Numbered from the stretch's first letter, positions 9,870-20,501 are shown. The stretch is DNA of 64,000 nt from Promethearchaeota archaeon (GCA_019058445.1 JAHPZA010000006.1:1068843-1132842); one strand, 5' to 3'. Numbers and translations: made by a program. The notes: generated by a model not told the origin, from the sequence alone.

Positions 9870-10541
9870 TCAAGTATAGTTATTGGGATTAAACACCCTT
9901 TTAATATCTTCCTCGTCAAAATATCCACTCCATTGCTCCTTTAAAATTACAAATTTGTCTACATTTGGGTTAATTACAGAATGAAAAGTATTAATAGGAA
10001 TTTCAAACTTGGAATTATTCTCTACAAAATAGTGAACTATATCACCATTAATTATTATCGGTTTTCCTTCAAGAATTTCCCAGAATTCGTTTCTATGGTT
10101 ATGTGTTTGAAGTGAAATACCTAATTGGGGTCTCACAAAAATAATATTATAATCTTTATACGTAAATTTAAAGCTATACCACTTTGGTAATATATCGATA
10201 TAATCTTCGGGAACTTGATATATTTGTTTTAAATAATCAGGAGTATAATTTTTTTTTTCTACTTTTTCAAATTTATATGGATCATAGATAATTTCATGAT
10301 TCGAAATATCTAAACTGTACCTTACTTCAACCGTTTCATTGCTGTTGTTTATGAGCATATAATAGTCATTTGGTTGTATAATTATTCCCGCTGAGAATAG
10401 ATCAGTTGTCATCAGTTTCTTGCCATTGATTACAAATAGATCAGGGGATCTAGTGTGATTAATGGATAATTGCAATTCTAATGAACCATTTTTTCGCAGA
10501 CAAGTTCCTCGTTTGCTAAAAATTGCTTCTTTTCGCTTCAT
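9870..10541 (-). CDS. cupin-domain protein (mannose-6-phosphate isomerase type II C-terminal-like)
   Basis: SLQTHNHRNEFW...IPINTFH...EEDIKR cupin motifs. Confidence 0.7.
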   Translation of the reverse strand: MKRKEAIFSKRGTCLRKNGSLELQLSINHTRSPDLFVINGKKLMTTDLFSAGIIIQPNDYYMLINNSNETVEVRYSLDISNHEIIYDPYKFEKVEKKNYTPDYLKQIYQVPEDYIDILPKWYSFKFTYKDYNIIFVRPQLGISLQTHNHRNEFWEILEGKPIIINGDIVHYFVENNSKFEIPINTFHSVINPNVDKFVILKEQWSGYFDEEDIKRVFNPNNYT

Positions 10542-11530
10542 GATAATTTTTTTACCCTTAACTTCTGATTTATTTTTTTAAATTGTTCTTCAATTTCTTC
10601 GGCAAAGGGCATTGAAGCCTGGGCTCCTTTTCGAGTCACAGCTATGGAAGCAGCCGCAGTAGCATATTTAACCGCATTTATGATGGATTCACCATTACTT
10701 AATTTACTAGCTAAAACACCATTGAAACAATCCCCCGCTCCTACTGTATCTATAGCCTTTACCTTGACTGCGGGTACTCCAATGACCTCTTCATTTTCTC
10801 TGTCATAAATAAGACAGCCCTCACTACCTAATGTAGTAATAACGAAGTTTATTCCTAACTCTGCGATAGCTTTCGAAGTTTGGATGATTTTGTTTTTCCC
10901 GTCAGATTTTACTTCGGGGAGATTTAAGAGGGTATACAGACGAATTAATTCACCTTCATTTGGAATTAATATATCAATATTTTTTAAAACATTTACAGGA
11001 ATAGCTTTTAAGGGTGCGGGATTTAGAATTTTAATTACATCGCCTTCGGAAGCAATTCTAAGTAGTTCCTCAATTGTATCAATCGGAATTTCCATCTGCA
11101 CCACTAAAGAAGATGCATTTTTGATAATATCAGCATATTTGATTATATCTGATTTGTCTAAATGAAAATTAGCCCCAGGTGCTACACTTATCATGTTTTC
11201 ACCGCTTTCATCAATCATAATAAATGCAACTCCGCTGGCGTGTTGAGAATCCCTAATTATATAACTTATATCGATACCTTCTGAACTTAATTGAGAGATC
11301 ATCTGCTCTCCAAATGCATCGGTTCCGATTTTTCCTATAAAAACAGTATTCGCACCCGAGCGCGTTGAAGCAACCGCTTGGTTTGCTCCTTTGCCACCCA
11401 AAAATTGCTGAAAGGTTCCACCGGTAACCGTCTCTCCTGGTTTAGGGAGCCTTTGGGAATAGATATTTAAGTCCATATTACTAGATCCGATAATTAGAAC
11501 ATATTTTTGGTTATTCTCCTTTTTACTCAT
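10538..11530 (-). CDS. rbsK: ribokinase
   Basis: GSSNMD, GGKGANQA, PNEGE, DTVGAGDCF; ATG at 11530 preferred. Confidence 0.93.
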   Translation of the reverse strand: MSKKENNQKYVLIIGSSNMDLNIYSQRLPKPGETVTGGTFQQFLGGKGANQAVASTRSGANTVFIGKIGTDAFGEQMISQLSSEGIDISYIIRDSQHASGVAFIMIDESGENMISVAPGANFHLDKSDIIKYADIIKNASSLVVQMEIPIDTIEELLRIASEGDVIKILNPAPLKAIPVNVLKNIDILIPNEGELIRLYTLLNLPEVKSDGKNKIIQTSKAIAELGINFVITTLGSEGCLIYDRENEEVIGVPAVKVKAIDTVGAGDCFNGVLASKLSNGESIINAVKYATAAASIAVTRKGAQASMPFAEEIEEQFKKINQKLRVKKLS

Positions 11531-11555
11531 AATATTCTTACCTTGAGTTATTTTT

Positions 11556-12008
11556 TTAATTTTCAAATTCTATTCCTAATAATACATATTCTTCATTAAA
11601 ACCAGCCTTTATATAGAAATTTTGAGCTCTAACATTTGATACTTCTGTTCCAACCTCAATCTCATCCATTCCCCTCGTTTTTGCTAATTGGATCGCTTGT
11701 TTAATCAAACTTTTACCAATTCCTTTATTTCTGTGACTTTCAGCTACAATTAATTCATTTATTAAAGCAGTGCCTCCTTTATGAAGAAAAGTTTTATAAA
11801 ACACCATAGAGATAAATCCAACCATTTTATTTTCTTCTAAAGCAACATAATTTGTATAAATTTCGGGATACTTACTAACACCTGTATATGTAGAATTTAT
11901 AATTTTTTCATTAATTTCATGTTTATGTTCTAATGCGTTATGTAAGTCGTCTAACAGATTTCTCAATGATGGTAAATCTTCCTTTCTAAGATCCCTTAGT
12001 GTTATCAT
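11556..12008 (-). CDS. GNAT acetyltransferase
   Basis: V..SHRNKGIG, N.RAQNFY..AGF. Confidence 0.88.
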   Translation of the reverse strand: MITLRDLRKEDLPSLRNLLDDLHNALEHKHEINEKIINSTYTGVSKYPEIYTNYVALEENKMVGFISMVFYKTFLHKGGTALINELIVAESHRNKGIGKSLIKQAIQLAKTRGMDEIEVGTEVSNVRAQNFYIKAGFNEEYVLLGIEFEN

Positions 12009-12194
12009 ATAAGTTTACCTTTTCTCATAATTTTGTAATGGTCTAAGAATACGAAATCGCTAATATTATTTATACATATTATTGAATTTCATAATAATTT
12101 ATTCTTAAAAGTTCATATTTATGAGATTGAATGGTTATAAGGGAAAAAAAGGGAAAATAAGAAAAAAAATTAATAATTTATATTAGGAAATCTT

Positions 12195-12548
12195 CTAATC
12201 GTTTTCAGCAGCTTCTTCAGCAGCCAATTCTTCCTCAAGTTCTTCTAGCGGCACAGGCGCAGGAGTAGTGAGCATACTATACCCGATCCATATGGCTATA
12301 ATGCTAATTAAAATTACAAGCAACCAAAGAGGTAAAACTACAAACAATCTCCAGTTGAAAATATCAATTCCACCAAATAAACCGGTGATAAATCCAACTT
12401 CGAAACCTCCAGTCTTACCGCCTAAAGTTTCCATATATAAATCGACTACTGAACCTAAGGTATAGACGATAGCGATTATAACGCCAACTATCATAATCAA
12501 GAAGCCAATTATCTTATCTTTTGCGATATAGATCACCTTTTTGAACAA
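12195..12548 (-). CDS. two-TM archaeal membrane protein of unknown function
   Basis: two hydrophobic helices, WIGYSMLTTPAP motif, acidic tail; start uncertain (possibly ATC at 12527). Confidence 0.7.
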   Translation of the reverse strand: MFKKVIYIAKDKIIGFLIMIVGVIIAIVYTLGSVVDLYMETLGGKTGGFEVGFITGLFGGIDIFNWRLFVVLPLWLLVILISIIAIWIGYSMLTTPAPVPLEELEEELAAEEAAEND

Positions 12549-12747
12549 TATATTTTTAGTTTTTGATTATTTTTTATGTTTTATTAGATTAATGCTATTT
12601 TTTTTGTAGCACTTATATTAAAATTTAAAATATGTTAAAATTAAAACCATTTCATTTTCACTAGATAACTTGGTAATAAAAATCAAAATTAGTGATTAAA
12701 AACATTGATTAGAATCTAATTCTTTAAAAGAATTAAAAAAATATTAG

Positions 12748-13674
12748 TTAAAGATGTGTATTTAACCAATCAATTACATCGTTAAATACTTCATCTCTAT
12801 TAATTTCATTAAAAACTTCATGACGGGCGCCCTCGTAAAATTTATATGTGACATCTTTAATGCCATAGGTTTTATAACGCTCAACCAATTTTAAAAGATT
12901 TTTGGTCATTTCATTTGAGGGATCATCAGAGCCAGAGATTAAGTAAATCGGTAATTCTAGGGGTATCTTTCGCTCATTTTCTTCTTTCCAAATTTTTATT
13001 AATCCTGATATTAATTCATCAAAAAGACTTGATGTCGAGATAAACCCGCAGTAAGGATCTTTTACATATTTATTCACTTCGTCTTGGTCGCGACTAAGCC
13101 ATTGAAATTTTGTCGGTGCTGGCTCATAGGGCTTATTAAATGTACCAAATGTTAACTGATCAAGTTTCTCATTACGTTTCATGGGACCGAATTTTTTAAT
13201 TTCTTTTTCTATTATAGTTTTTCCTAACTTAAGAAGGGTTTCGTCCATATAACCATTTGTTCCGCTAAGAATTACTCCTTTTAACTCATTTCCCCATTGT
13301 TGGATATAATCTTGAGCCATTAACGATCCCCAACTATGTCCAAGAAAGAAAATTGAAAGATTTGGATGTTCTTTTTTGATAAGATCGGTTAAGACTTTTT
13401 GAGCCCTCACTGTACTCTCCCATCCTCCGGGACCAAGATATCCCGTATTTTCTAAGTTTCCAGCTGTTTTCCCATGTCCTCTATGATCATCAGCATAACA
13501 AATATAACCCGCTGAGGTTAATGCTTCTGCCACTCTTTCATATCTAGCCGCATGTTCGGCCAATCCATGCGAAATTTGTATAGCAGCTTTGATTGGATCT
13601 GAGTCCGGAGCCCATTTGTAGACGAAAATTTCGATTCCATCTTGATCTTTATAGGTAAATGTCATAATTTTCAT
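12748..13674 (-). CDS. alpha/beta hydrolase (lysophospholipase/monoglyceride lipase family)
   Basis: HGLAEH, DHRGHG, GHSWG, RHEVFNE. Confidence 0.92.
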   Translation of the reverse strand: MKIMTFTYKDQDGIEIFVYKWAPDSDPIKAAIQISHGLAEHAARYERVAEALTSAGYICYADDHRGHGKTAGNLENTGYLGPGGWESTVRAQKVLTDLIKKEHPNLSIFFLGHSWGSLMAQDYIQQWGNELKGVILSGTNGYMDETLLKLGKTIIEKEIKKFGPMKRNEKLDQLTFGTFNKPYEPAPTKFQWLSRDQDEVNKYVKDPYCGFISTSSLFDELISGLIKIWKEENERKIPLELPIYLISGSDDPSNEMTKNLLKLVERYKTYGIKDVTYKFYEGARHEVFNEINRDEVFNDVIDWLNTHL

Positions 13675-13957
13675 AACATATTAGAATTTAGAGAGATTAT
13701 AAAAATTTTCTTAATTAGAATCAAATTTTTACTTTTATATTATGTTTCTTTTCCTTAATATTCAAGATTTTTTTTACTAAAGAGTATTAAAACATTTGCG
13801 TTATTTTTAGAAATAAGACACATAAGGGATCTTTTTTGGAATAAAAAAGAAGTTTTTATTTTTTCTATAATTTTTTAAAAATAGAATATTTAAAATTATT
13901 ATATATTCTTAAATTCAGTAAATAATTATTAAAAAAACAAAAAAGAGATAAATTATC

Positions 13958-14155
13958 ATGTCATTTGGAATCGAAATCGATATGGATGCGTGCACTGGCT
14001 GTGGCACTTGCTACGAAGTATGTCCAAGCGAATGCTTTGATGAGCCAGAGGGTGGAAAGGTCAAAATTAATGAAGATAACAGGCCTGATTGCGTAGGATG
14101 TAGAGCATGCGAGACGCAATGCCCCGAAGAGGCAATTACCATAATAGAAGAGTAA
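13958..14155 (+). CDS. 2x[4Fe-4S] ferredoxin
   Basis: two CxxCxxCxxxCP motifs. Confidence 0.93.
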   Translation: MSFGIEIDMDACTGCGTCYEVCPSECFDEPEGGKVKINEDNRPDCVGCRACETQCPEEAITIIEE

Positions 14156-14313
14156 ATATCGCTGAGCTCCTTATAGAATATTTAACCAATCTTAGAAGAA
14201 GTAATTTTATAATACTTTTTTTTATTTTTAATTTGCCTTCTAATATTAAAATATATTTCATTTTGAAATTTAAAATAATAAAATTGAAAAAATTTAACTA
14301 AATTATTAATATT

Positions 14314-15591
14314 CTACAAATCAGCACATAAGAACAAAATAATCTCTTTAATATATGTTAGAACATCCTTGAACTTAATAGTTTCATTGATCCCATGAGC
14401 ATTTGAAACGACACTACTATTTCCGTGAATAAGTACATCATACTTTGTCAAGAAGCCCATATCAGTTGAACCGGAGGATCCAACAACAGCAATCTCATCT
14501 TCAGGAAGACCTTGAACTAAACTCATAACTTTCTTTATTCTCAAATTAGCCAGTGAGTTCGGATCATTTTTAAAAGCAGGGTAATCATACTTAATCGTAA
14601 TTTTAACATCTAAAGCTTTGCTTTTAGCTTTACCTCTGTTAACGGCATCTTCTATCTCTTGAATTACCTCTTCATATTTCTCATCTGGTATATATCGACG
14701 GTTTATTGTTAATGTACAGATGTCTGGAACAATATTTTCTTTTTCCCCAGAACGTATTATATCGAGGTTAAACATCGGACTCATATTCATTCTTTCACCC
14801 CTATCAGAAGGTTTTACTCCCGGAATGTCAGCACTTTCGCGTTCCTCAACTTCTTTTTTCAATTCCATTAATTCTACCATAATTGGAACCATTTCTTCTA
14901 AAGCATTTATTCCCATGAAATTCATTCCTGAATGACAGCTTCTACCGATGGTTTCAATAATAATATTTACTGCTCCAGCAGCTCCAACTGGTATTATGGG
15001 ATTAATAACACCCTCCATACAAAACACAATATCTTTTACATATCCTTGCTCCTCTAGATATCGAACTCCAGGATAAGTGCCAATTTCTTCGTCAGTACAA
15101 TTCATAACCCTAATATTATATTTTGGGGTAAGCTTTAATTTATCCATTATTTGGAGTGCTAAAATCAGACATACCATGGCACCTTTCATATCGGAGGTTC
15201 CTCGTCCGTAAATTTTACCACTTTTAATCATGGTTGCTTGAAAAGGAGGAAAGCGCCATCTTTTTTCTCCATCATTGGGTGCTGGTACGACATCCATGTG
15301 GCCATAAAAGCAAACGTAATTTTTTTGGCCATAATCTTTCGTTGCCACCAAATTTACACGAGGCCCTTCAAGAGGATAGGGTATTTGTTTTACCAGCTCT
15401 TCAGGCATAATAATTTCTTCTAAATCATATCCCAATTCCTTAAAATAGGGAGAGATAAGATCTACGTACTCTCGATATGTATTGCCCGGGGGGACCGTGG
15501 TGTCAACCACAATAACCTTCTCCATGAGATCCATAACTCGCTCTCTCCCTATATTATCAACTTCTTCATAAATTTTCTCTAAATCTTCCAT
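14314..15591 (-). CDS. M20 metallopeptidase (ArgE/DapE family), paralog 1
   Basis: GHMDVVP, GRGTSDMKG, DEE, AH motifs. Confidence 0.92.
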   Translation of the reverse strand: MEDLEKIYEEVDNIGRERVMDLMEKVIVVDTTVPPGNTYREYVDLISPYFKELGYDLEEIIMPEELVKQIPYPLEGPRVNLVATKDYGQKNYVCFYGHMDVVPAPNDGEKRWRFPPFQATMIKSGKIYGRGTSDMKGAMVCLILALQIMDKLKLTPKYNIRVMNCTDEEIGTYPGVRYLEEQGYVKDIVFCMEGVINPIIPVGAAGAVNIIIETIGRSCHSGMNFMGINALEEMVPIMVELMELKKEVEERESADIPGVKPSDRGERMNMSPMFNLDIIRSGEKENIVPDICTLTINRRYIPDEKYEEVIQEIEDAVNRGKAKSKALDVKITIKYDYPAFKNDPNSLANLRIKKVMSLVQGLPEDEIAVVGSSGSTDMGFLTKYDVLIHGNSSVVSNAHGINETIKFKDVLTYIKEIILFLCADL

Positions 15592-15707
15592 TATATAATA
15601 ACCATTTTTGAAGTTTATTAACTGAAAAAATTTATTGTAAGATATAAGATATTCGCTAAATGATTAATCATAAAAAAAGGAAATAAAAAAGATGGTTATT
15701 AAAGAAT

Positions 15708-16997
15708 TTAGAGGTCTGCGCACAGAAATATGATAAGTTCTTTTATGTATGTTTTTATGTCTTTCAATTTAACAGTCTCATTTACACCGTGAGCGTTGGA
15801 TCCAAGAGTCGCTATACCGTGTATGATAATATCATCAATATTTAAGATTTCAGATACATAGCTCATATCTAATGATCCCGCCATTCCTAACATTTCAATT
15901 TCATCTTCTGGTATTTTTTGCACAATGGACATGACTTTTTTAATTCTTTTAATTGGAGCAGTGTTTGGATTAACTCTTAAGGCGGGGTACATATAATTAA
16001 AAGTTGTTTTAACTTCAATTGCTTTACTTTTAGTTTTTCCTCTTTCAATAGCATCTAAAATTTCCTGTTTCACATCATCATAGTTTTCATCTGGTATGAT
16101 TCGTCTGTTGATTGTCAATACACACGAGTCAGGGACAATGTTCGATTTTTCTCCAGATCTAATAATATCTAAATTAAACATAGGGCTCATGTTGAAACTA
16201 TCTTGTGAACCCGGTCTTGGAAGTCCTAAAATATCCTTACTCTGACGAGCCTCAACTTCTTTTTTCAATTCCATCAACTCATTTAAAATTGGAATCATTT
16301 CTTCAAGGGCATTTATTCCGAGAAAATTCATTCCAGAATGACAGCTTTTTCCAATAGTTTCAACGATTACATCTAGTGATCCTGCAGCACCTGTAGGTAC
16401 GAATGGATTAATAGCAAGTTCCATGCAAAAGATTATATCTTTCAAATACCCTTTTTCGGCCAGATAGCGTACTCCAGGATAATAACCTACTTCCTCATCA
16501 GTACAATTAACTATCCTAATATTATATTTTGGAGTAAGTTTTAATTTCTCCATTATTCGAAGCGCTAATATCAAACATACCATTGCACCTTTCATATCAG
16601 AGGTACCGCGCCCGTAAATTTTTCCGCTTTTAATCATTGTAGCTTCAAAAGGGGGGAAGCGCCATTTATCTTTACCATCCATGGGAGCAGGAACCACATC
16701 CATATGTCCGTAGAAAGTAACATATCTTTCTGAATCATAATCTTTTGTTGCCACCAGATTTATGCGAGGGCCATCTAAAGGGAGAGGGATTTCTTTAACT
16801 ACTTCTTCTGGAACAAGTACCTCCTCTAAAGAATAGCCTAGTTCCTTAAAAAAAGGAGATATAGTATCAACATATTCCCGATAAGTATTAGCTGGGGGAA
16901 TTGAAGTATCAATACTTATAAGAGCTTTCATCAGATTCATAAGCTCTTCACGATCTAAATTATCTACAGCATCGAAAATCTCATCTAAATTTAGCAT
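15708..16997 (-). CDS. M20 metallopeptidase (ArgE/DapE family), paralog 2
   Basis: same motifs; tandem paralog of 14314-15591. Confidence 0.92.
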   Translation of the reverse strand: MLNLDEIFDAVDNLDREELMNLMKALISIDTSIPPANTYREYVDTISPFFKELGYSLEEVLVPEEVVKEIPLPLDGPRINLVATKDYDSERYVTFYGHMDVVPAPMDGKDKWRFPPFEATMIKSGKIYGRGTSDMKGAMVCLILALRIMEKLKLTPKYNIRIVNCTDEEVGYYPGVRYLAEKGYLKDIIFCMELAINPFVPTGAAGSLDVIVETIGKSCHSGMNFLGINALEEMIPILNELMELKKEVEARQSKDILGLPRPGSQDSFNMSPMFNLDIIRSGEKSNIVPDSCVLTINRRIIPDENYDDVKQEILDAIERGKTKSKAIEVKTTFNYMYPALRVNPNTAPIKRIKKVMSIVQKIPEDEIEMLGMAGSLDMSYVSEILNIDDIIIHGIATLGSNAHGVNETVKLKDIKTYIKELIIFLCADL

Positions 16998-17090
16998 AAT
17001 AATTAACTCCAGTTTTAAAAAATTTGAGTTATAATTTGTATGATATATAAAATTTTACATGATTAAAAAGAAGTTATAAAGTTTAAAAAG

Positions 17091-18212
17091 TCACCATAAT
17101 AGAATTCTACCACAATTCTTACAAACTCCTTCATTAATTTGTTGATTTAAGCAATTTTCATGGTAAGGTGCGCTACATTCCTTACATATATAGATTTTGC
17201 CCTTAACTTCACTGAAGTCATAGCCGCAATACACACACTTACTATTAAACGTAAAGTTAGTATCATTAGCTTCAACTATTTGGGAAGTACCCGTTAATCC
17301 AACACCATTTCCTACATTTGAAGGTGTAACGTAATTATCTTGCTGAGGGAATGAAACCCATTGATCTTCCAAAGATTGTTGGGGATATTGTTGCCTTGGT
17401 GATTCCCCATAGGACACATATCCTGGTGATGCATTCTTAGAAAGTCCCATCTTTTGGGTTATTTTTTCGTCTAATATGTTAGTTAGAATTAACGCAGAAG
17501 CGTATTTTCCCTTGGAGCCCCCTTTTTGTAAATGTGTGTGTGAAATCATGTGAATTACTCTACCTCCATTCTGTCCGTAATCGAAATAACAAAATACAGG
17601 GGATTCACCCCACTTTTGTTGTAGTTCTTGAGAGGAAATTAATACCCGTACAGCATTATGGTTCAGGATCTGAATAGGGAATGAGCGATACTCAAGCCAC
17701 CATTTAAATTCTTCTTGTTTTATATTATTGGCGGATTTCTTAGTCCATTTATCTTGTTTAATTTCACTTATGACGCCATCTAGAAATGGGTGGTTTGGTT
17801 CAATTATCTGACAGGTTACAATTGCGTCTTCGGTTCTATCTTTATTCCATCTTATAAATCCAGGGAAAACCGGTTCCACAAAATTTTTTATACACCAATC
17901 TGTAGTGAGAATCCAACCCCCTTTTGCCACAAAATCTTTTATTTTTTGATAGGCAGGCGTTGGAATTTTATCTCCAGGGCACCCTATTATTATCAGGTCA
18001 TAATTATCAAAATTATATTTTAACACGTCCTTAGGATCAATTATTTTTTTCTCTGAGGCGTATAAATTATTAATTACTTTTTTTGGCTTCTCAAACCTCC
18101 CATTTATACATAAGACCTTACCATGTTTTTCTACTGCTTTGACAATATCCTTTTTATTTAACGCTTCCATTTTGCGTTTTTTCACTTCAGAGTAGAGATC
18201 TTTCCAGCTCAT
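17091..18212 (-). CDS. hypothetical protein: GATase-like N-terminal domain, low-complexity linker, C-terminal C4HC3 RING/PHD-like finger
   Basis: IIIGCPG, FVAKGGWILTTDW; CVYC...CKEC...YHENC...CKNC. Confidence 0.65.
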   Translation of the reverse strand: MSWKDLYSEVKKRKMEALNKKDIVKAVEKHGKVLCINGRFEKPKKVINNLYASEKKIIDPKDVLKYNFDNYDLIIIGCPGDKIPTPAYQKIKDFVAKGGWILTTDWCIKNFVEPVFPGFIRWNKDRTEDAIVTCQIIEPNHPFLDGVISEIKQDKWTKKSANNIKQEEFKWWLEYRSFPIQILNHNAVRVLISSQELQQKWGESPVFCYFDYGQNGGRVIHMISHTHLQKGGSKGKYASALILTNILDEKITQKMGLSKNASPGYVSYGESPRQQYPQQSLEDQWVSFPQQDNYVTPSNVGNGVGLTGTSQIVEANDTNFTFNSKCVYCGYDFSEVKGKIYICKECSAPYHENCLNQQINEGVCKNCGRILLW

Positions 18213-18306
18213 TTTTTTAATCTAAATAAAGTTTTAAGGAAATAGAGTGTATTTTATAAATAGTAAACTTCTATTCATATATATATTTTCATTGGAAGCG
18301 ATTTTA

Positions 18307-19815
18307 GTGACTCAAATATTAAAAGATTTAGGTGAACCTTTGGAATTTTGGGAATATTTTGAACAAATTTCTAAAATTCCCCATTGTTCTGGAAAAGAAG
18401 AGAAAGTGAGAGAGTATATTAAAAACGAAGCAGAAAGGTTAGGGTTTAAAACTCAAGTTGATAAAACCGGAAACCTTTTGGTAAAATCTGCTATAAATCA
18501 GAATAGGAAAAATCATCGTAAAGTTATTTTACAATGTCATATGGATATGGTATGCGAAAAGAATGAAGGTGTCGTGCATGATTTTTCTAAAGACCCACTA
18601 CAATTAGAAGTAGTTAAAATGGAGGGTGAGAAATGGCTTACGGCAAAAGGAACGACTCTTGGAGCAGATAATGCGGTTGGAATTGCATATATTTTAGCAT
18701 TGATGAAAAGGTTGAATTCAAAAGCGTTAAAATTTGATCCTCTTGTAATCGAAATGTTATTTACAGTCGATGAGGAGGTTGGGTTGGTTGGAGCATTTAA
18801 TATCGACAAGGAATTAATCAAAGGGGGAACTTATCTTCTCAATTTAGATTCCGAAGAAGATGATAGATTTACAATTGGATGTGCTGGAGGAATTAATACA
18901 GTTGGAGAAATTAAATTTGAATACAGCCCGCTTAAAAAATGTCTAAAAAATGCTATTCCTCTTAGATTATCTATCACTGGTTTACTGGGGGGTCATTCTG
19001 GTACAGATATCCACAAAGATCGGGCAAATTCAATAAAAATTATGAGTAAGATTTTATGGAAAGTAAATCATGAGTTTTCGATTTGCTTACATTCACTGAA
19101 TGGAGGAAACAGAGCAAATGCGATTCCACGAGAAGCTCAAGCAATTTTATTTGTGGAAAATAAAGAAGTATCTATATTGAAGAACTTCATTGACCACATA
19201 ATAAATGAAATTAAATTAGGAATTTCTCGCATCGAGCCAAAGATGAATATTAAAGTTGAGGTAATTGAAGGTTTTGAAGAGAAATTCGTCTTTTCTGAAA
19301 ACCTTCAGAATAAATTACTTCATATGCTTTATGTAATGCCCCATGGCCCGATTTCGATGCATCCAAAAATTCCGAATTTAGTATATACTTCCACAAACTT
19401 AGCTTCAATAAAAACTCATGAGGATCTAATTATAATTACCACAAGTCAGAGAAGTTTACATGAAATTTCAAAAAAAGTGATGTATGAAAAGTTAGAAGCT
19501 TTATTAAATTTAGCGGATTTAAATATTAAGATTTCCCATGTTGGTGAATATCCAGGATGGGATCCTGACTTTAAAGCAGAATTATTAAAATTTGCGCAAA
19601 AAACGTATAAAGAATTATTTAATGAGGAAGTAATTATTCAAGCTATTCATGCGGGATTAGAATGTGGCATATTAAAACAACACTTTCCTGATATCGATAT
19701 GATTTCTTTTGGTCCGACAGTGGAAGGAGGTCATTCCCCTGATGAACGCCTTAAAATTCAAAGTATAAATAAGATGTGGAATTTTTTAATTAAATTACTC
19801 GAAAATTTAGTTTAA
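18307..19815 (+). CDS. pepD: aminoacyl-histidine dipeptidase (M20C)
   Basis: LQCHMDMV, TTLGADN, DEEVG, GGHSG, IHAGLECG, HSPDE; GTG at 18307 preferred. Confidence 0.93.
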   Translation: MTQILKDLGEPLEFWEYFEQISKIPHCSGKEEKVREYIKNEAERLGFKTQVDKTGNLLVKSAINQNRKNHRKVILQCHMDMVCEKNEGVVHDFSKDPLQLEVVKMEGEKWLTAKGTTLGADNAVGIAYILALMKRLNSKALKFDPLVIEMLFTVDEEVGLVGAFNIDKELIKGGTYLLNLDSEEDDRFTIGCAGGINTVGEIKFEYSPLKKCLKNAIPLRLSITGLLGGHSGTDIHKDRANSIKIMSKILWKVNHEFSICLHSLNGGNRANAIPREAQAILFVENKEVSILKNFIDHIINEIKLGISRIEPKMNIKVEVIEGFEEKFVFSENLQNKLLHMLYVMPHGPISMHPKIPNLVYTSTNLASIKTHEDLIIITTSQRSLHEISKKVMYEKLEALLNLADLNIKISHVGEYPGWDPDFKAELLKFAQKTYKELFNEEVIIQAIHAGLECGILKQHFPDIDMISFGPTVEGGHSPDERLKIQSINKMWNFLIKLLENLV

Positions 19816-19898
19816 CAACTTTTGAATTAGTTGAAAAAATAATTTAAAATCCTAAATATTATTATATCTTAAGTGAATAATTGTCTCCATTTTAGAAT

Positions 19899-20432
19899 AT
19901 GTCAAAGCGAGAAAGAATAAAAAAAGCCCAAGAGAAACTTGAGATTAGTGGATCTGAAACTATCACAGAAAAGATCAGAAAAAGAACTCCATGGCTCTTT
20001 GGGAATAAACTAAGAAAACCGAAGATGGCATATCCCAAGTTAAGAGGTCGAAGGATCGTGCTCCCTACTCCATCAAAGGCAATAGGACTTGCGGTTATTT
20101 ATGCAATTCTCTTTATTTTACAAACTGGAGTTGTATATTTAGTTTATCGAGAGCCACCTGCTCTCGGAGCAGATGCGAATGGAGATCCAATATTTCTCTA
20201 TCCCGGAATTCAGGATAGTTTTATTATTGAAGGTATAGTCGCCTCTATTTTAATATTTACAGCTTCAACAGGATTTTTATTATTATATCAAGCATCTAAG
20301 CATTCTTACAATCGAAAATTAGCATTAAGGATTATGATCATTGGAATATTTATGATATTAGTATCCTATGTGTTTTTACAGTATATGATAGCTGTGAAGC
20401 TTGGTGAGCCTGCATGGTGGGAGAATCTCTAA
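19899..20432 (+). CDS. oligosaccharyltransferase accessory subunit, OSTC/DC2 / OST3-OST6-like
   Basis: 3 TM; EPPALG...FIIEGIVAS resembles the OST3_OST6-family membrane region. Confidence 0.7.
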   Translation: MSKRERIKKAQEKLEISGSETITEKIRKRTPWLFGNKLRKPKMAYPKLRGRRIVLPTPSKAIGLAVIYAILFILQTGVVYLVYREPPALGADANGDPIFLYPGIQDSFIIEGIVASILIFTASTGFLLLYQASKHSYNRKLALRIMIIGIFMILVSYVFLQYMIAVKLGEPAWWENL

Positions 20433-20501
20433 TATAAAATCTGAAAATTGGTTAAAATTTTTGAGTTTTTCACCATTTCAACTTATTTTAAATTGTAGTT
20501 T

